DNA of 64,000 bases, from assembly GCA_034780895.1 (NCBI GenBank), contig JAUZTB010000002.1, positions 52,345,924 through 52,409,923 of the forward strand, read 5' to 3'. Shown piece after piece: positions 11,833-25,235 of this stretch. The position numbers and the translations under genes were made by a program. Position 1 is the stretch's first letter, and each line of letters starts with the position of its first letter. Below the pieces are notes generated by a model that did not search any database, was not told where the DNA came from, and saw nothing but the letters and a program-made list of their open reading frames with translations. The stretch is from Rhynchobatus australiae (lineage: Eukaryota).

Positions 11833-14800
11833 GTGTACTGAAATGTAGGATGCTTGCTCTCGTGATAGAGAAGTCAGATCCAGTAATGAAGTACTGGATA
11901 GATTTCTTTCTTATATGGCTTAAATTGTTCAAATGCTGAGGGCAAGATTCAAATGTGTGAGACAAAAGCAAATCATTCCAGCAACTCATAATGTCAGTTG
12001 GTATATATGGGAGAAACCCAATAGCCATATAGGCAAGTGTTTCAAGAGTTTCCATGCAAGGCACTAGGTTTTCTTTTCTCTCATTGGCACACTGTATGTG
12101 TTCGGTGCTTTTATTTAGCTGTTTCACATTTTTAGCATCCGCAGAATCCTGAGTTTTTTTAAAAACTATTTCATTGGGCACTCTGGCAAAATGAGTCATA
12201 TTTTCTACCCATTATCATCTCATTCAGTTGATGGAAATATGTTAATTTTAAGAAGTTCCGATCACTTGTCACTAATTATCGTTCCTCTGTTAATATGTAG
12301 TTATTGTGTTGTTTGCTATTAAATTGCCCACAAAGTCAATACCATTAAAGAAGCAGACCTCATCTCATTACCACAAAATTCTTAAGCATTTTCCATAGCT
12401 GACCTTCTGCAATATACAATTTAATTGAAATTACATTTAGAGATTTATTTCTATTTTGCTTATGTCAAATTTGAAGATAACTGCAGCATGTCAGAGTGTA
12501 TGGATGCATGTGTGCATATTGGGGGAAGGGGAATTTGCTGAATGTGGCTACAAATTAGTGTGCCATATTGAATTATGGTTAGTTTATTTTCCAGCATTTG
12601 AAATGGTTTTACAATAGATGTTACAGTATCATAGTCATCACAGAGCAGACTGAATAGATTTGTCAGTAACACAGAAACAATTGCTTCTTTGGGAAAAGTC
12701 AATAAGCAGGAAACTATATAGCTGTCTGAAAAATTATATGCTGGAGAAATGGCAGGTAGTGCCAAAAGCTCCTTTTTTTACATTGTGGCTCAGCCTCTGC
12801 TGTGGATGGTCACGAAGGAAAATACATGAAGTAAAGGACTTCTCCTTCATCAGTGACATGAAGCCATGTTCCCAAAAAGTATACAATAAAATGAAAGTAA
12901 TGTAACCTACATCAAGGGTGTCCAAACTTTTGGGCTCAGATGGCCACTCTTAGGTTGGAGCAGAAGATCAAGTGCCTTTTTTTTGCTGGTATTTCCATGC
13001 ACATGGTGCATTAACTCATATAATTGCATTCTGGCTCGAATCAGAATTAAGGTTCATCATATGGTTAGAAATAGCAATATAGCTCTTATTAGCAGTTATG
13101 TTCAACACTATGTACAAATCCCAAAGTAAAGTTAAAGTTTGGTCTCAAGCATATCTTTTGTTTGTAAGCCCTTTTAAAATTGTTATCACAAGTTTTTCTG
13201 ATTACCATGTTAAAAATGATTTGACGTGGGTTTTTAATATTAAGAAAACTTATACTGATGGTTTAGAAATTTCTTTACATTGCACAATTTCTAAATGTGG
13301 AATGCAATAACATTTCTATAAGAAATAAACAGTTGTAAAATAAAACTGGGGTCTAACACAAATTCCCTTCCAACCCTCAGCACAACTGATTTGCTAAGAG
13401 GCACTCAGACATGTAAAGTAACATCATATTACATGCAATACATGTTTAAGGGCCATTTCAGTTCCCTGACTGGTACTGGGAATCAGCCTCAGGTTGGTTT
13501 TCCTCTTAGTAATTTACTTAAGTATATCTACATTGGATGCCCCACTGGGATCATACCCCCCTTAATCCTTCAAAATCTTACAATCCTTGACTGACCTCCC
13601 ACCAGTCTCCAATCCATGGATTCCACTCAACACAACCATCANNNNNNNNNNNNNNNNNNNNNNNNNNNNNNNNNNNNNNNNNNNNNNNNNNNNNNNNNNN
13701 NNNNNNNNNNNNNNNNNNNNNNNNNNNNNNNNNNNNNNNNNCTGACCGTCAATCTACCAAAAGTTGCTCAGAACAACAATCTTCCCCCCCCCCTCCCCCA
13801 CCATACCTTGATGACCTTACCCCAACCACAAGGTCCCAATTGCCCCTCTGTCCCCTGACTACCAACTCCCAACCGGGGCCACACTTCTGTGTGAGCCCTG
13901 GTTCCATGCTCCAATTGGCTCAGACTCCCAAGCTACCTGAAAGGCCTGTGTGTGTTATTTCTCATGACATAGGAAGCCATTTGGCCCATCAAATCTACGC
14001 CATCACTCAAAGCACTCCCATCTATCTCATCCCTGCACCTATTTCCTTGTTACCCATTCTCTCTCACATTCCCATCAACTCCATTGTGAGACCCTACAAT
14101 GATATTTTGCTGTGCTGGGCCCTCTAAATATATATTCATTCAGCCCACTGTGCCAGGCCTGTTTAATGTGTCTTTCCGGGCTCCTAAAATTTTCCAGGTC
14201 CATTGCTCTTATTAGCAATTAAATGTTGTTCGGTGTGAAATATAGTGNNNNNNNNNNCAGGCAATTGAAAGAGAAAACAGCTGTCCATGATTATTAGTTC
14301 CAGACTTTTCCTGTTGCATCCTGTCATCACCTGTACAACAGTCACAAGCTACAGCACTGCTTTCACTCCACAATCTAAAAAGCACTGATTTGTTGTAATG
14401 TAATAGCTTACTCATTGCTACAATAAACCTTTGTGTATTATACCATAACCCATTTAAGTATGTAGTACAGTTTGACCATGACCAGTGAGTTTTAGGATGT
14501 AGGCAGTTTTCACAAGGTCACAAGTCTTGTATTACTGTGCTTGAGCATGCAACTGGCTTAAAAGTCAAAGTTGTTCTTGGTCAATGAAATGTGTGACATT
14601 AAATTGAAGATTAACATGGACCTTCATTGCAGTAGCATTAGAACACAACAGAAGGGAATGCTTCAGATGAAACTATATTTTGTCCCCTTCAGTGTTACAA
14701 CTTGGGGCAAAATGAAACATTGCAAATGGGCTAGTGGTAAGCTCGCCTGACTGTGCTATTTAATGCCTGTGCCATTTTATACAGAAAGCCTCATTATCAT

Positions 14801-16989
14801 CCTCAAGGACTGATTTCTCACAAAACCAAGCAGGAATGAAGTAAAAGCCAGGGTAGGACTGGATTCTGGCTGATAGGTGTTTCCCATGGGGACTTGTAAA
14901 TTGTTGGAAGGATAGCAAGATAATTGAAGTTGGGGGCAAAGGAGCCACAAGGGCTTCCTCTGGGGCCCAGAGAAACATAGCAGCCACAAGGAAAACAGAA
15001 GAAAACATGTTCATAAAAATGACTGTCCCTTGTCCAGCATTGAATCTCACAACCAGCAGCTTTCCCAATCTGTTCAACACTATTGTTGCTTTATGTAGCC
15101 TGGGGTTAAAATTGTAATGGAGTCCAATAACTTCATGAATTCTGACATGAATATTCTTGAAGTCCTTAGATACCTTCCAAAACCTTGGAACTAAATAAGC
15201 AGTGGGTGGGACTGTGGCACAAATGAGGATGTAGATACTTTGCCCTTAATTTGACTCACCCACATGCACCTTTTCCATTATTGTGTTTTGGGGAGAGACT
15301 TAAGGCCAGAGTTTATAGCTTTTTCTCCTTTGTTTACAAGAAGATATTTTATTTATTCTAAAAACCATATTGGCAGAGTTACCCAAAAGCACCAGGTGAA
15401 TGCTGCAATATTAAAGTAACACTGAAAAGCATATGGATTAGGATCTGACTAACTAAAGTGAATAAGATTCCAACATGGTTCCTCCACCTTGAAATGTCCT
15501 CAAGTATGCATCATTATGAAATCAGCAGATTGACAGGATTTCATTCATAATTAATAGTATCTTCTTCCTGCTTTCATTGGAACACTGCTTTCTTTTCCAG
15601 ATATCTTCTCTGCAACATTATTCACCATTCCTAGAATTTTCACTGCACTGAATCATTTTTTTAACCTGTAGTTATTTTTTTTACAAATGCAGTATGTCTA
15701 ATAGACAATGTGAACGAATAGTAAAATCTTTTGGAGGAGAAACTTGCCTGTGGTTGTTAGCATTAAATACATGCATGGATGGTATTTGTACTTGCCAGCC
15801 ACCATCTCCACCCCGCCCCCATACATTCAGTTCAATTGCAGTGAATGCACAGAAGTGAGCATGACTGGAGACAATAATCAAGCATGAATTTATCACAAAT
15901 TTGTCCTGCACATTTTTAAAAACCCCTTGCTTGACAAAATGCAAAACACAAACCAATTTTGTTTAGGAGCCCTGTAAATCTGCACCCAGTTCATGAAGTA
16001 TTGCCTCTGCTGGTCAGTTACAGAACATTAAATCACTAAGCTGAGATCATTGCAGATTTGAGTTTGGATCAATTACTCAGGCAGTTTAGATAATAGCAGT
16101 GGATGTTTTTCTTTGCCAACATTTGGCAGTAGAAAACCTGAAGCTGGGCAAGGAAAGCTGTGGGGAATTGAAATCAAGTTTCAGAAGTGGAATTCTGAGT
16201 TTTGTAGATATGAAATGTGATGCTCACATTTAAGTTCAAATTCACTTCCGTTGCTGTGACTTAGCCTGGCACTTGCGATAAAAGTGTGACATCAATTCAT
16301 GCAACTTCATCACTGGCATGGGCATAGTGCACTTTGCTGGCCCTGATCCAATGCCAGTGCACACAGCTCATCACATTATCTGTAGATCTCTTCATACGAG
16401 CTTGTTAGTTTCTCAAAGGACAACAAAAGAAGCAACCTCATACCAAGCATTTAATAACACATTTCAATACTGCTTGCAATCCCATAAATTATTCAGAAGT
16501 TCTTGTACTGCCATGTGGCCTTCAGAGAATTCAACAGTCAGCCTCTCTGACTCTATGCAAAGCATTAGAATGTAATAGACCCCACAAACAGGATTATCTC
16601 TCTGTTGTGCTGCAGCGCCATTAGTAGTAAAATGAAATGCAGCTCCCTTTGTGTGTCTTGCATTGACTGTATATTTTGAAACAGACAATTACAGTGACAA
16701 CAATGAAACACTTTTTTCTATGCTCAAATGCACCGCCAAAATAATGTGACCAGGTTTGAATTCATTACCATTCTGTACACTTTATAAATGTTTACATTGC
16801 TCCCAGTTTAGAATTATTAGTAATGTGCTACAATTGTAGAAGTTAGGTGAAGTAAATATTTACCCAATAAGCTGCTTTATATGCATACCTGCTCTATCTC
16901 TGTGTAGAGCTTTAGATGTCCAGTCCTTCAACGTAATGTTTACCTTCTCTGGGAAGCCATTTACACTTTACCTCCACATATTCATAATG

Positions 16990-17560
16990 AAGAAGCAACA
17001 AAATTTGCATTGCAATAGTGCATTTCATAATGCCAAGATGTCCTAAACTAATAAACAGCTAGTTAAAAACTTTGAAATACAGTTCCAGGCAGACCTCAGG
17101 TTCCATAGGGGTTCTGTTCCTGACACTGTCCATAAGCTGATTTCTCCTTAAGTCAGAAGTATCCCATATTGTATCACTCTACAAACACTTGCTCTAATTC
17201 TTTCATTTCATTGAATAATCATCCTAACATTACCCATAATTAAATTAATGGAATACGCTGTATCCAGTCATTAATGAATATTATTTAAAAAAATTATTAT
17301 TATTATTATTACTAGTTTGAAAAATGCTTCAAAAATGAATGGGAGAATGTGTGTAAAATCGGTTTTCTATAGGTCAGGTCATTCGTAATTCAGGGAACCC
17401 TCTGTACTTTTATAATGATGGAAACATTGCAGCTAATTTGTGTAATGTCAGTATTCTATAAAATAAAATGATGACCAGATAATCTGTTTTAGGGATAAGT
17501 GTGAAATATTTTTCATGATACTGCAGAGAACTCCTTTAGCCTCTTCAAACAGCACATATG
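16990..17560 (-). mobile_element. Deu-domain SINE split by a Tigger/pogo-like MITE (about 17086-17407)
   Basis: The SINE tail (ttgcat...gcatttcata) and body (gcagctaatttg, atgaccagataatctgtttt, ctcttcaaa) flank an insert with imperfect TIRs caggcagacctcaggtt / cgtaattcagggaaccctctgta. Confidence 0.45.
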
Positions 17561-20299
17561 TTATAAGTCTCATTACACTTTATACATCTATATATCTTCC
17601 TACCTTTTCTGTCTTTATCTATTTATCCAGCTTCCCCTTAAATGCATAAATACTAATTAACCCAACTCCAAAGTGAGGATCATTACAATAAAATAGTTTA
17701 TCCTGAAATTATTTGCTTTATTAGAAATTACCTGAAATATATAACCCTCCAAAGAAGAATGGAGCATCTGATTAGATTTAAAGTTGAATAGAAACTCGTA
17801 CTGTATTGCTGGACCCATTAGTGCTTAAAAAGCAACCGTCCTGTAGAGAAAATCTATTACTGCAAAAATAGCATGCACACCAGAACAGCTTTCTAATGCC
17901 ATTAATCACTTTAACAAATACTGGGTAATAAATTCTTGAAGTTTTTGCAGAACTGGGCCAATGGGAGGTTGTTGCTTCTGTTGGTTCCATTATCAAATTG
18001 ATAATGTTCCCTTTTAGAATAAGTCCCAGACTTTGGTAACTAAAAAAGAGCCATGTGAACTAAAACAGTTTAAAANNNNNNNNNNNNNNNNNNNNNNNNN
18101 NNNNNNNNNNNNNNNNNNNNNNNNNNNNNNNNNNNNNNNNNNNNNNNNNNNNNNNNNNNNNNNNNNNNNNNNNNNAAAAACACACTACGTAAAAATACTG
18201 CATCTCAAAAGCTTGCACAAAAACATGCAAGTAGTCTGGAATAGATTGTGTAAATGCAATGTTATCTGGGAAACATCAGTTTGGCCAGATTTTTGGTTAT
18301 GGTCATTGTATACCAAAGTTCTTTAATCACACAAAGTTAGAATTTTTACTTATAAATAGTGTTATTCCCTGCAAAAATCTCAGGAAATTATTTTATGATG
18401 GCACTGCTAGTGGGCACACCAATGTTACTTTTCTAAATGCACTATATTTCTTCACAACAAAGGAGAATGTCATTCAAATGCTTTGGCGGAAAACTTCGTG
18501 AGTAAACCATTGTTTCTTTTAATTTGGATTATTGCCCCTGCAGAAAAGCAAAAAATCCAAATTCAGACTGCAGTGGAATAGAAAGATTGCCCACTATTCT
18601 TTTCAGTTTTTGATTAATTGATTGACCAATGCTACTGGGTGATCCAGAGTTTTGCAAGTTGAGCTGTCACCATCATTCCTTCAGTTTGATGATGTGGCTG
18701 AAAGCAGGAAGCTTCTGTTGCAAGCACTTCCTTGTTAACAGAAAGCTGTTGCAGTCATTTTCCTTGGTTGTTTTTCTTTAATTTTTCTGCCATAATTTTG
18801 AAAGTTCAATAAAGCTGCAGTTCAGTTAGGCTATTTCCAGTAACAGGAAACACTTGCAACAGAAACCTACTGCACACTGTTATACCATTAACCAAACCTG
18901 TCATAATTTTTCCTCTCTACATATTACTTGCTAGTATTTTAAACAAGTTTTGGAAGTACATTACTTTTCAAAATATCTCTGCTCAAAGAAAAAAAGGTTC
19001 ACAAAGAATGTTTGTTTTTAGAGTTAGGGAAGCACAAAACTTCTGAAGAATTTCCACTAAAATGACTACACTGGAACTGACGAAATGTGGTTTTCCAATA
19101 AAACTTTAGCATAAATTTTCTAAAGCCTTATCTCATAAAATTTACCCTTGCAAAATATCAAAAGTTATTAAGATTAATCCTGATAGGTCAGTCAGTTTCA
19201 GGCAACTTCATGAAGTACATACACTACCAAACTGGCCAAAGAGTGGTTTCAGATCAGTCTAATGTACGCATTGTTAAAAAAAAATCAGAAATCTTATAGA
19301 AGTGAAAATCTTTTTGTTGCATGACCAGAAGTGTTAAATCATGGTAGAAAATAGTTTTGAGGCATCATTGTGTACAATACTGACATGGAACTTTGCTGTC
19401 AGAGAGCAAAAAGGAAAAAGACCAAAGTACCCACTGTCACTTCTCAGTGAGATCCCATGGAAATGGGGTAAGTTTGAAGCTAGTATCTGTCAGGACATCC
19501 AGTTACCAAAACTAATTGTTTTTTCCAAGGATGATTCAGGTTAATGTTCATTGCCTTATCCGAGATGAAAAAAATAAAAGACATATGAAAAAGAGAACTA
19601 CCTGTTTTCTGACAGAACAAATGAAGTAGGAGCAAGAGTGGTACTGCTTGGTATAAGACATGAACACCAAAGTTCTCACTAGTTTACTCATCTCACCATT
19701 TTATAACTGACAGAATCCCAAAGGAAACAATGTAAGCTTCAAAGATTAAACTAATAGAAATCTCTTCAAATTTGTTTTGTATCTTCAGTGGTAAAGAGAC
19801 CCTANNNNNNNNNNGAAACTTTTCATTCAGGCAGCTTTATAAATATAATTGTATTAATAAATGATGGCACTCACTGTAAAGCTTTTGACATTGTATTGAC
19901 AAAAGACTTGTTTTATAAAGTTTCAGCTGTTAAACCTATGTTTCTACAATTACTACCATCACATATATATTTTCTTGCTGGTAATGATAGTGTGATTTAA
20001 ATATTCTGTTGTCATGCCACAAATCATCGCTTTCTCCTCTGCTGGAGAAATTAACTTATGCTGAATAATGGTCACACTCACCATACCCACATATTGGAAT
20101 GTTATTCATGTGTGATTATTGTCAATGAACATTGCCAGGGTACTTAGCATGAGGCCTTTATAACTAATGCTCTCACAAAAATCCACACCTGTGTTGCTGC
20201 CAAGGGGTTGCTGAATAGCAACTGGAAACAGGTCAGTGGTCAATATTTCTTCTGCTCAAACAGATCATAGGCCATACAGTCTCAACCAAAACAGTCTGC

Positions 20300-20582
20300 C
20301 AATCTCAAAGTAAGAGATAGGCCATTTGGAACTGAAATGTGGACAATTTTTATCAAAAGGTTGGTAAATCTTGAGGATCTTTATTTCTTGGAGGACTGTG
20401 GAAGCTCAGTTATTGATTTCATTCAAAACTGAAATCTTTACAAGGGAATTGAGGGATAAGGGGGTGGAGCAGGAAAGTGGTACTTAAGATGGAAGATCAA
20501 TCATGATCTTTCTGAGTAGCAGAGCAGCCTCAAAGCGCTGAATGGTCTATTACTGTTCCTTTTTCTTATGTTCTTATGTTCT
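20300..20582 (+). mobile_element. CR1 LINE 3' end
   Basis: ggactgtggaagctcagttattg...gaatggtctattactgttcct ends in a ttcttatg repeat tail. Confidence 0.65.
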
Positions 20583-21679
20583 CAAACCAGGTGCACAAGG
20601 ATTAATAATAGGTTTTTTTTAATTGACACCTCAGCTGACATTAGCATTGACTAGAGAATGAGTATGGATATTTTTATCTGTGGGGCTCAATTAGACATGT
20701 TACTATCTGGAGTCTTCAAAAGCACACAAAACTGCAACATTGGCCAAATTTATAAACTAGCAAAAAGTAGAGTTCATTGCTCTGTCCTTATTATTGAATC
20801 CTGACCATTAAAAATGCATTTGTGTTCAGGGGGGAAAATGGTTAAGAATATAATTTCACAGCTGTTAAAACCTGCCATCTTTCCTTATGACTCGTGTTTC
20901 ACCAACTCTGTCTCAATTAATATGGTCTACCTATATGAACATAGTATCATTGATCACTATTTTGGTGACAACTATAAACTAGATATGTGGAGAAAAGCCA
21001 AAAAATGTTGCAAAATAAATACTGATGACTGTATATCCTTAGGCAAAATAACATAACCATGGTTTAGTTTTAAGACAATAGTATGAATTTTTGATTTACT
21101 CACCAAGTGTACATCTTGGAAATTGTGACCGTGGGATATTCCCCAAGTCTCCCAGCTAAGACTGTGAATTGCAGAGACCCAGTCTGATGTACACTAAACC
21201 TGGTGGTGTTTCAAGACTCAGCTCATTACTATAACTTGGGAAAGCACCAGGTGTGATTGCTGCTTCCATTAGAAGGCAGAGATCTAAGTGCAGCTGCTTT
21301 TTTTAAATGCCTGCAGCAGTTGTGAGGGCAATTCTCCTTTCTCAAGGTGGATCCTGAAATAATGTAAGGATGTCATGATTTTATAAAGATAATTCCACTG
21401 GAAGGACACTATACATGGAAGAAAAATAGTCACAGAAGCCTTGCTGCAACACTGATGGGGCCAGAGTGTTTCTTCTGGTCCTTGATGGGTCACACAATGA
21501 TTGGTAGAGAGTGATCAGAAAAGGTCAAGGCAGAAGCACCATGTAAAGAAAACAATATTATTTTGAGGAATAAAATTATTACCCCAGTTATATAGTGCAG
21601 TGACTGTTACTAACCATGTTGTGTTCTGTTTTGCCCACACATATTACCATGTTGGGTTGCTCTCCCCACAAACATTTTA

Positions 21680-21860
21680 GTCAGATGGGTAGAAAAGCAG
21701 CAAGTGGAATTCAATGGGAGAAGGTCAAAATAATACCATTGGGAAGAACAGATAAACCCTGAAAATACATAATAAATAGTAGGATACAGAGAGGTAGAGA
21801 GGGCAAGGGGTCTTTAGGTACATGTTCACATATCCTTAAAGGTAATGGATAAAACAGTTG
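21680..21860 (+). mobile_element. CR1 RT fragment
   Basis: gatgggtagaaaagcagcaagtggaattcaat resembles the W..KWQMEFN motif of CR1 RT. Confidence 0.45.
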
Positions 21861-22767
21861 ATAGAATGATGGAAGAAGCTCAGACAAAGCTCACTGAGCA
21901 AGAGTAGCCACCCGCCTCAAAGTACAGTGTAACATTATTATAATTCCTCATGAAAAGCAAAACGGTAACNNNNNNNNNNGAAAATGAGTTTGCATGAGTA
22001 TACTCTTATCAAAGCATCTTTGACTTGACAGTTACCCTGTATTGACTGCATTTCTTAAGTTTGGGTCCTTGCTACCTATTCCTTGCGTAGTGACTCAGGG
22101 TGAAAGGTAGATGTGTACCACATGCTATAAGACACAAGAGAAGTGACAGCCATATACATCATCACTGTACTGATCTCTGGATTTGTATGTTCATTCATCC
22201 AAAGTCAGATATCAGATGCTGACAGCCAGGAGAGATAGTAGCATCCAACCTGGTCCTGGTCTCTGACATTGTTTATATCAGCTGTTTGAGAGTTACAGGG
22301 TCTTTCCACAAAATACTTTTGTGCTTCCCTTTCTGGGCTGTTGCACCCCTTAAGCTATTAAAGATTTTTTAAAAAACTGATATTGCATAAAACTGACTTG
22401 CATTCAAAGCTCCTGGTCTGTTGATTAGCTGACCCTGCAATTATGCTGCGATTAATGGTGTCATGAATTGAATTGAGCCTTTAGTTAGCTCTGTGAGCAG
22501 GAGAAAGATAAGCAGAAAACATTTTTTCTTGCAACACTGCTTCTTACATGTTGTCTGTTTTAAATATTTAACCAACAACAAATGGACTGATCCATTTTGG
22601 AGCGTATTCCTATACCAATCTTTGAAATAGACATAAATAAAACAGAAAAAGATTATTGAACATTCCCACAAAACATTAATGTTTGATTGGAATGGTAAAA
22701 GTTGCTTTTTGATAATGGACACCTTGTAAGTTCTTCTATATGTTGCTCACTGCCTATTGAAGTGAAA

Positions 22768-23592
22768 CTGGCAGAAGTGGCAGATGGAGTTCAACCCAGA
22801 TAAGTGTGAAGTGGTTCATTTTGGTAGGTCAAATATGATGACAGAATATAGTATTAATGGTAAGACTCTTGGCAGTGTGGATCAGAGGGATCTTGGGGTC
22901 CAAGTCCATAGGATGCTCCAAGCAGCTGCACAGGTTGACTCTGTGGTTAAGAAGGCATACAGTGTATTGTCCTTCATCAATTGTGGGATTGAATTTAGGA
23001 GCTGAGAGGTATTGTTGCAGCTATATAGGACACTGGTCAGACCCCACTTGGAGTACTGTGCTCAGTACTGGTCACCTCACTGCAGGAAGGATGTGGAAGC
23101 CATAGAAAGGGTGCAGAGGAGATTTACAAGGATGTTGCCTGGATTGGGGAGCATGCCTTATGAAAACAGATTGAGTGAACTCAACCTTTTCTCCTTGGAG
23201 TAACGGAGGATGAGAGGTGACCTGATGATATAAGATGATAAGAGTGTATAAGATGATAAGGTCGTGTGGATAGTCAGAGGCTTTTTCCTAGGGCTGAAAT
23301 GTTGCCACAAGAGGACACAGGTCTAAGGTGCTGGGTAGTAGGTACAGAGGAGATGTCAGGGGTAAGGTTTTTACTCAGAGAGTGGGTGAGTGTTGGAATG
23401 GGCTGCCAGCAATGGTGGTGGAGGCGGGTACGATAGGGTCTTGTAAGAGACTTTTGGATAGGTACATGGAACATAGAAAAAAGAGGGCTATGGGTAAGCC
23501 TAGTAATTCCTAAGATAGGGACATGTTCGGCACAACTTTGTGGGCCAAAGGGCCTGTATTGTGCTGTAGGTTTTCTATGTTTCTCTGTTTCT
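22768..23592 (+). mobile_element. 5'-truncated CR1 LINE, relatively young
   Basis: Frameshifted ORFs read KWQMEFNPDKCEVVHFG, LYRTLVRPHLEYCAQYWSP...ERVQRRFTRMLPG and FTQRVGECWNGLP. A 3' stem gggccaaagggcc and ctatgttt tail follow. Confidence 0.92.
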
Positions 23593-24259
23593 TTGCACTA
23601 AACCACCTTTCTTTGGGAATAGCTCATAAATGAAGCTTCTATGTTAATATGTAATTACAAATAATGATTGCTTGAAGCCCAGTGAATTGGCCTGCACATC
23701 ACATGGTGCCATTCTATAACAAAGAGTGATAAGCTACAGCTGAAATCACAGTTGCATTACAGAATTAATGCATATAATTTTCCAAAGATTATAATCAACA
23801 TTTTAAATCCAGTTCACAGTATGTGTTTTGTGTTTATTCAGGGGTCTGCCAATAGACATCACTCCAGTCATCATCCTTAAATAACATTACGCAGTTAATA
23901 CAGAATTTTTTGAATAATTTGGAGCACAGGTATTGAAGGCCCAGTTGGGAGCCCCCAAAAATTGGAAGAAGATTATAACATGCAATTGTTCCTGTGCCAT
24001 TTGCTTCCAATGCAGCCAGCATGTCAACTAGGGCTGCTGACTCATTTGCATAACCACTGCACATTGTTCATTGTCGGCTCCTCAGCGGGCAATGTCACGC
24101 AAGGTTGGCACCATATAATTCCTGCCTGCATTATCTGACATGTGAGCCTCTTAAGTGCCAAGGTACCAGGTGCTGACATGCAGGTTTCATAATAGGTAAG
24201 AACAGGGAAGGTTTTTAATTTTATTTTGTTGTTATCATTGACTTGCCTTTGGTTCAAGA

Positions 24260-25235
24260 GGATAGAGTGAGCAGAGGTTAAGGTGAGGTTCAGGTAAGGT
24301 CTTTGTTTTTCTCTTATTCCACAGTAGGGCAGTGAAATGGCAGTCAGCACAGTGGTATGCTCTTCTTATAGGATGTGGGAAATCAGGGAGACCTCCCAGT
24401 GTTCCTGATGACTACTCCTGTGAGAAGTGCATATGGCTGCAGCTCCTTACTGACCATGTTGGGGAACTGGATCTGGATGATCTCTGGATCATTCGGGAAA
24501 CTGAAGAGGTGATAGACAGGGATTGGATGGATTAGAGTTCATCAAATGTGTTCAGGAAAGTTTCCTCAATCAATATGTAGATGTCCCAACTAGAGAGAGC
24601 GCGATACTGGATCTCCTCTTTGGGAACGAGACAGGGCAGGTGACAAAAGTGTGTGTAGAGGAACAGCCTGGATCTAGTGATCATAATTCCATTAGTTTCA
24701 AGATAATTATGGAGGAGGATAGGAATATTCCTCGGATTGAGATTCTAAATTGGAGGAAGGCCTGTTTTGATGGCATCAGAAGGGATCTGGCAGGCATGGC
24801 TTGAGATAGGCTGTTTTCTGGCAAAGAGATGCTTGGTAAGTAGAAGGCTTTCAAAAGGGAAATACTGAGAGTACAGAATTGTATGTTCCTGTCAGAATAA
24901 AAGGCAAGGCTAACAGGTTTAAGGAACCTTGGTTATCAAGGGTTATTGAGGCCCGAGTAAAGAAAAAGAATGTGGCGCATGTCAGGTATAGGCAGTTAGG
25001 TTAAAGTGAGACGCTTGAGGAGTATAAGAAATGCAAGAGAACACAAAAGAGAAATCAGGAGGGCAAAAAGAGGATATGAGGTTGCTNNNNNNNNNNNNNN
25101 NNNNNNNNNNNNNNNNNNNNNNNNNNNNNNNNNNNNNNNNNNNNNNNNNNNNNNNNNNNNNNNNNNNNNNNNNNNNNNNNNNNNNNGGGCAGAAGGGACT
25201 GTACTGTGCTGTAGGTTTTCTATTTTTCTATCTAT
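24260..25235 (+). mobile_element. CR1 LINE with ORF1 N-terminus, endonuclease C-terminus, gap and 3' tail
   Basis: VPDDYSCEKCIWLQLLTDHV is an ORF1-type Cys motif. GLEFIKCVQESFLNQYVDVPTRESAILDLL...GSSDHNSISF is the APE endonuclease SDH motif. A CR1 tail follows the gap. Confidence 0.85.

Noticed and set aside
11771-12199. 142-aa minus-strand ORF
   Set aside because: It overlaps a CR1 tail and a Penelope-like terminus fragment and has no protein-like motifs.
12913-12985. hAT-like terminus caagggtgtccaaacttt
   Set aside because: No convincing partner TIR or 8-bp TSD was found.
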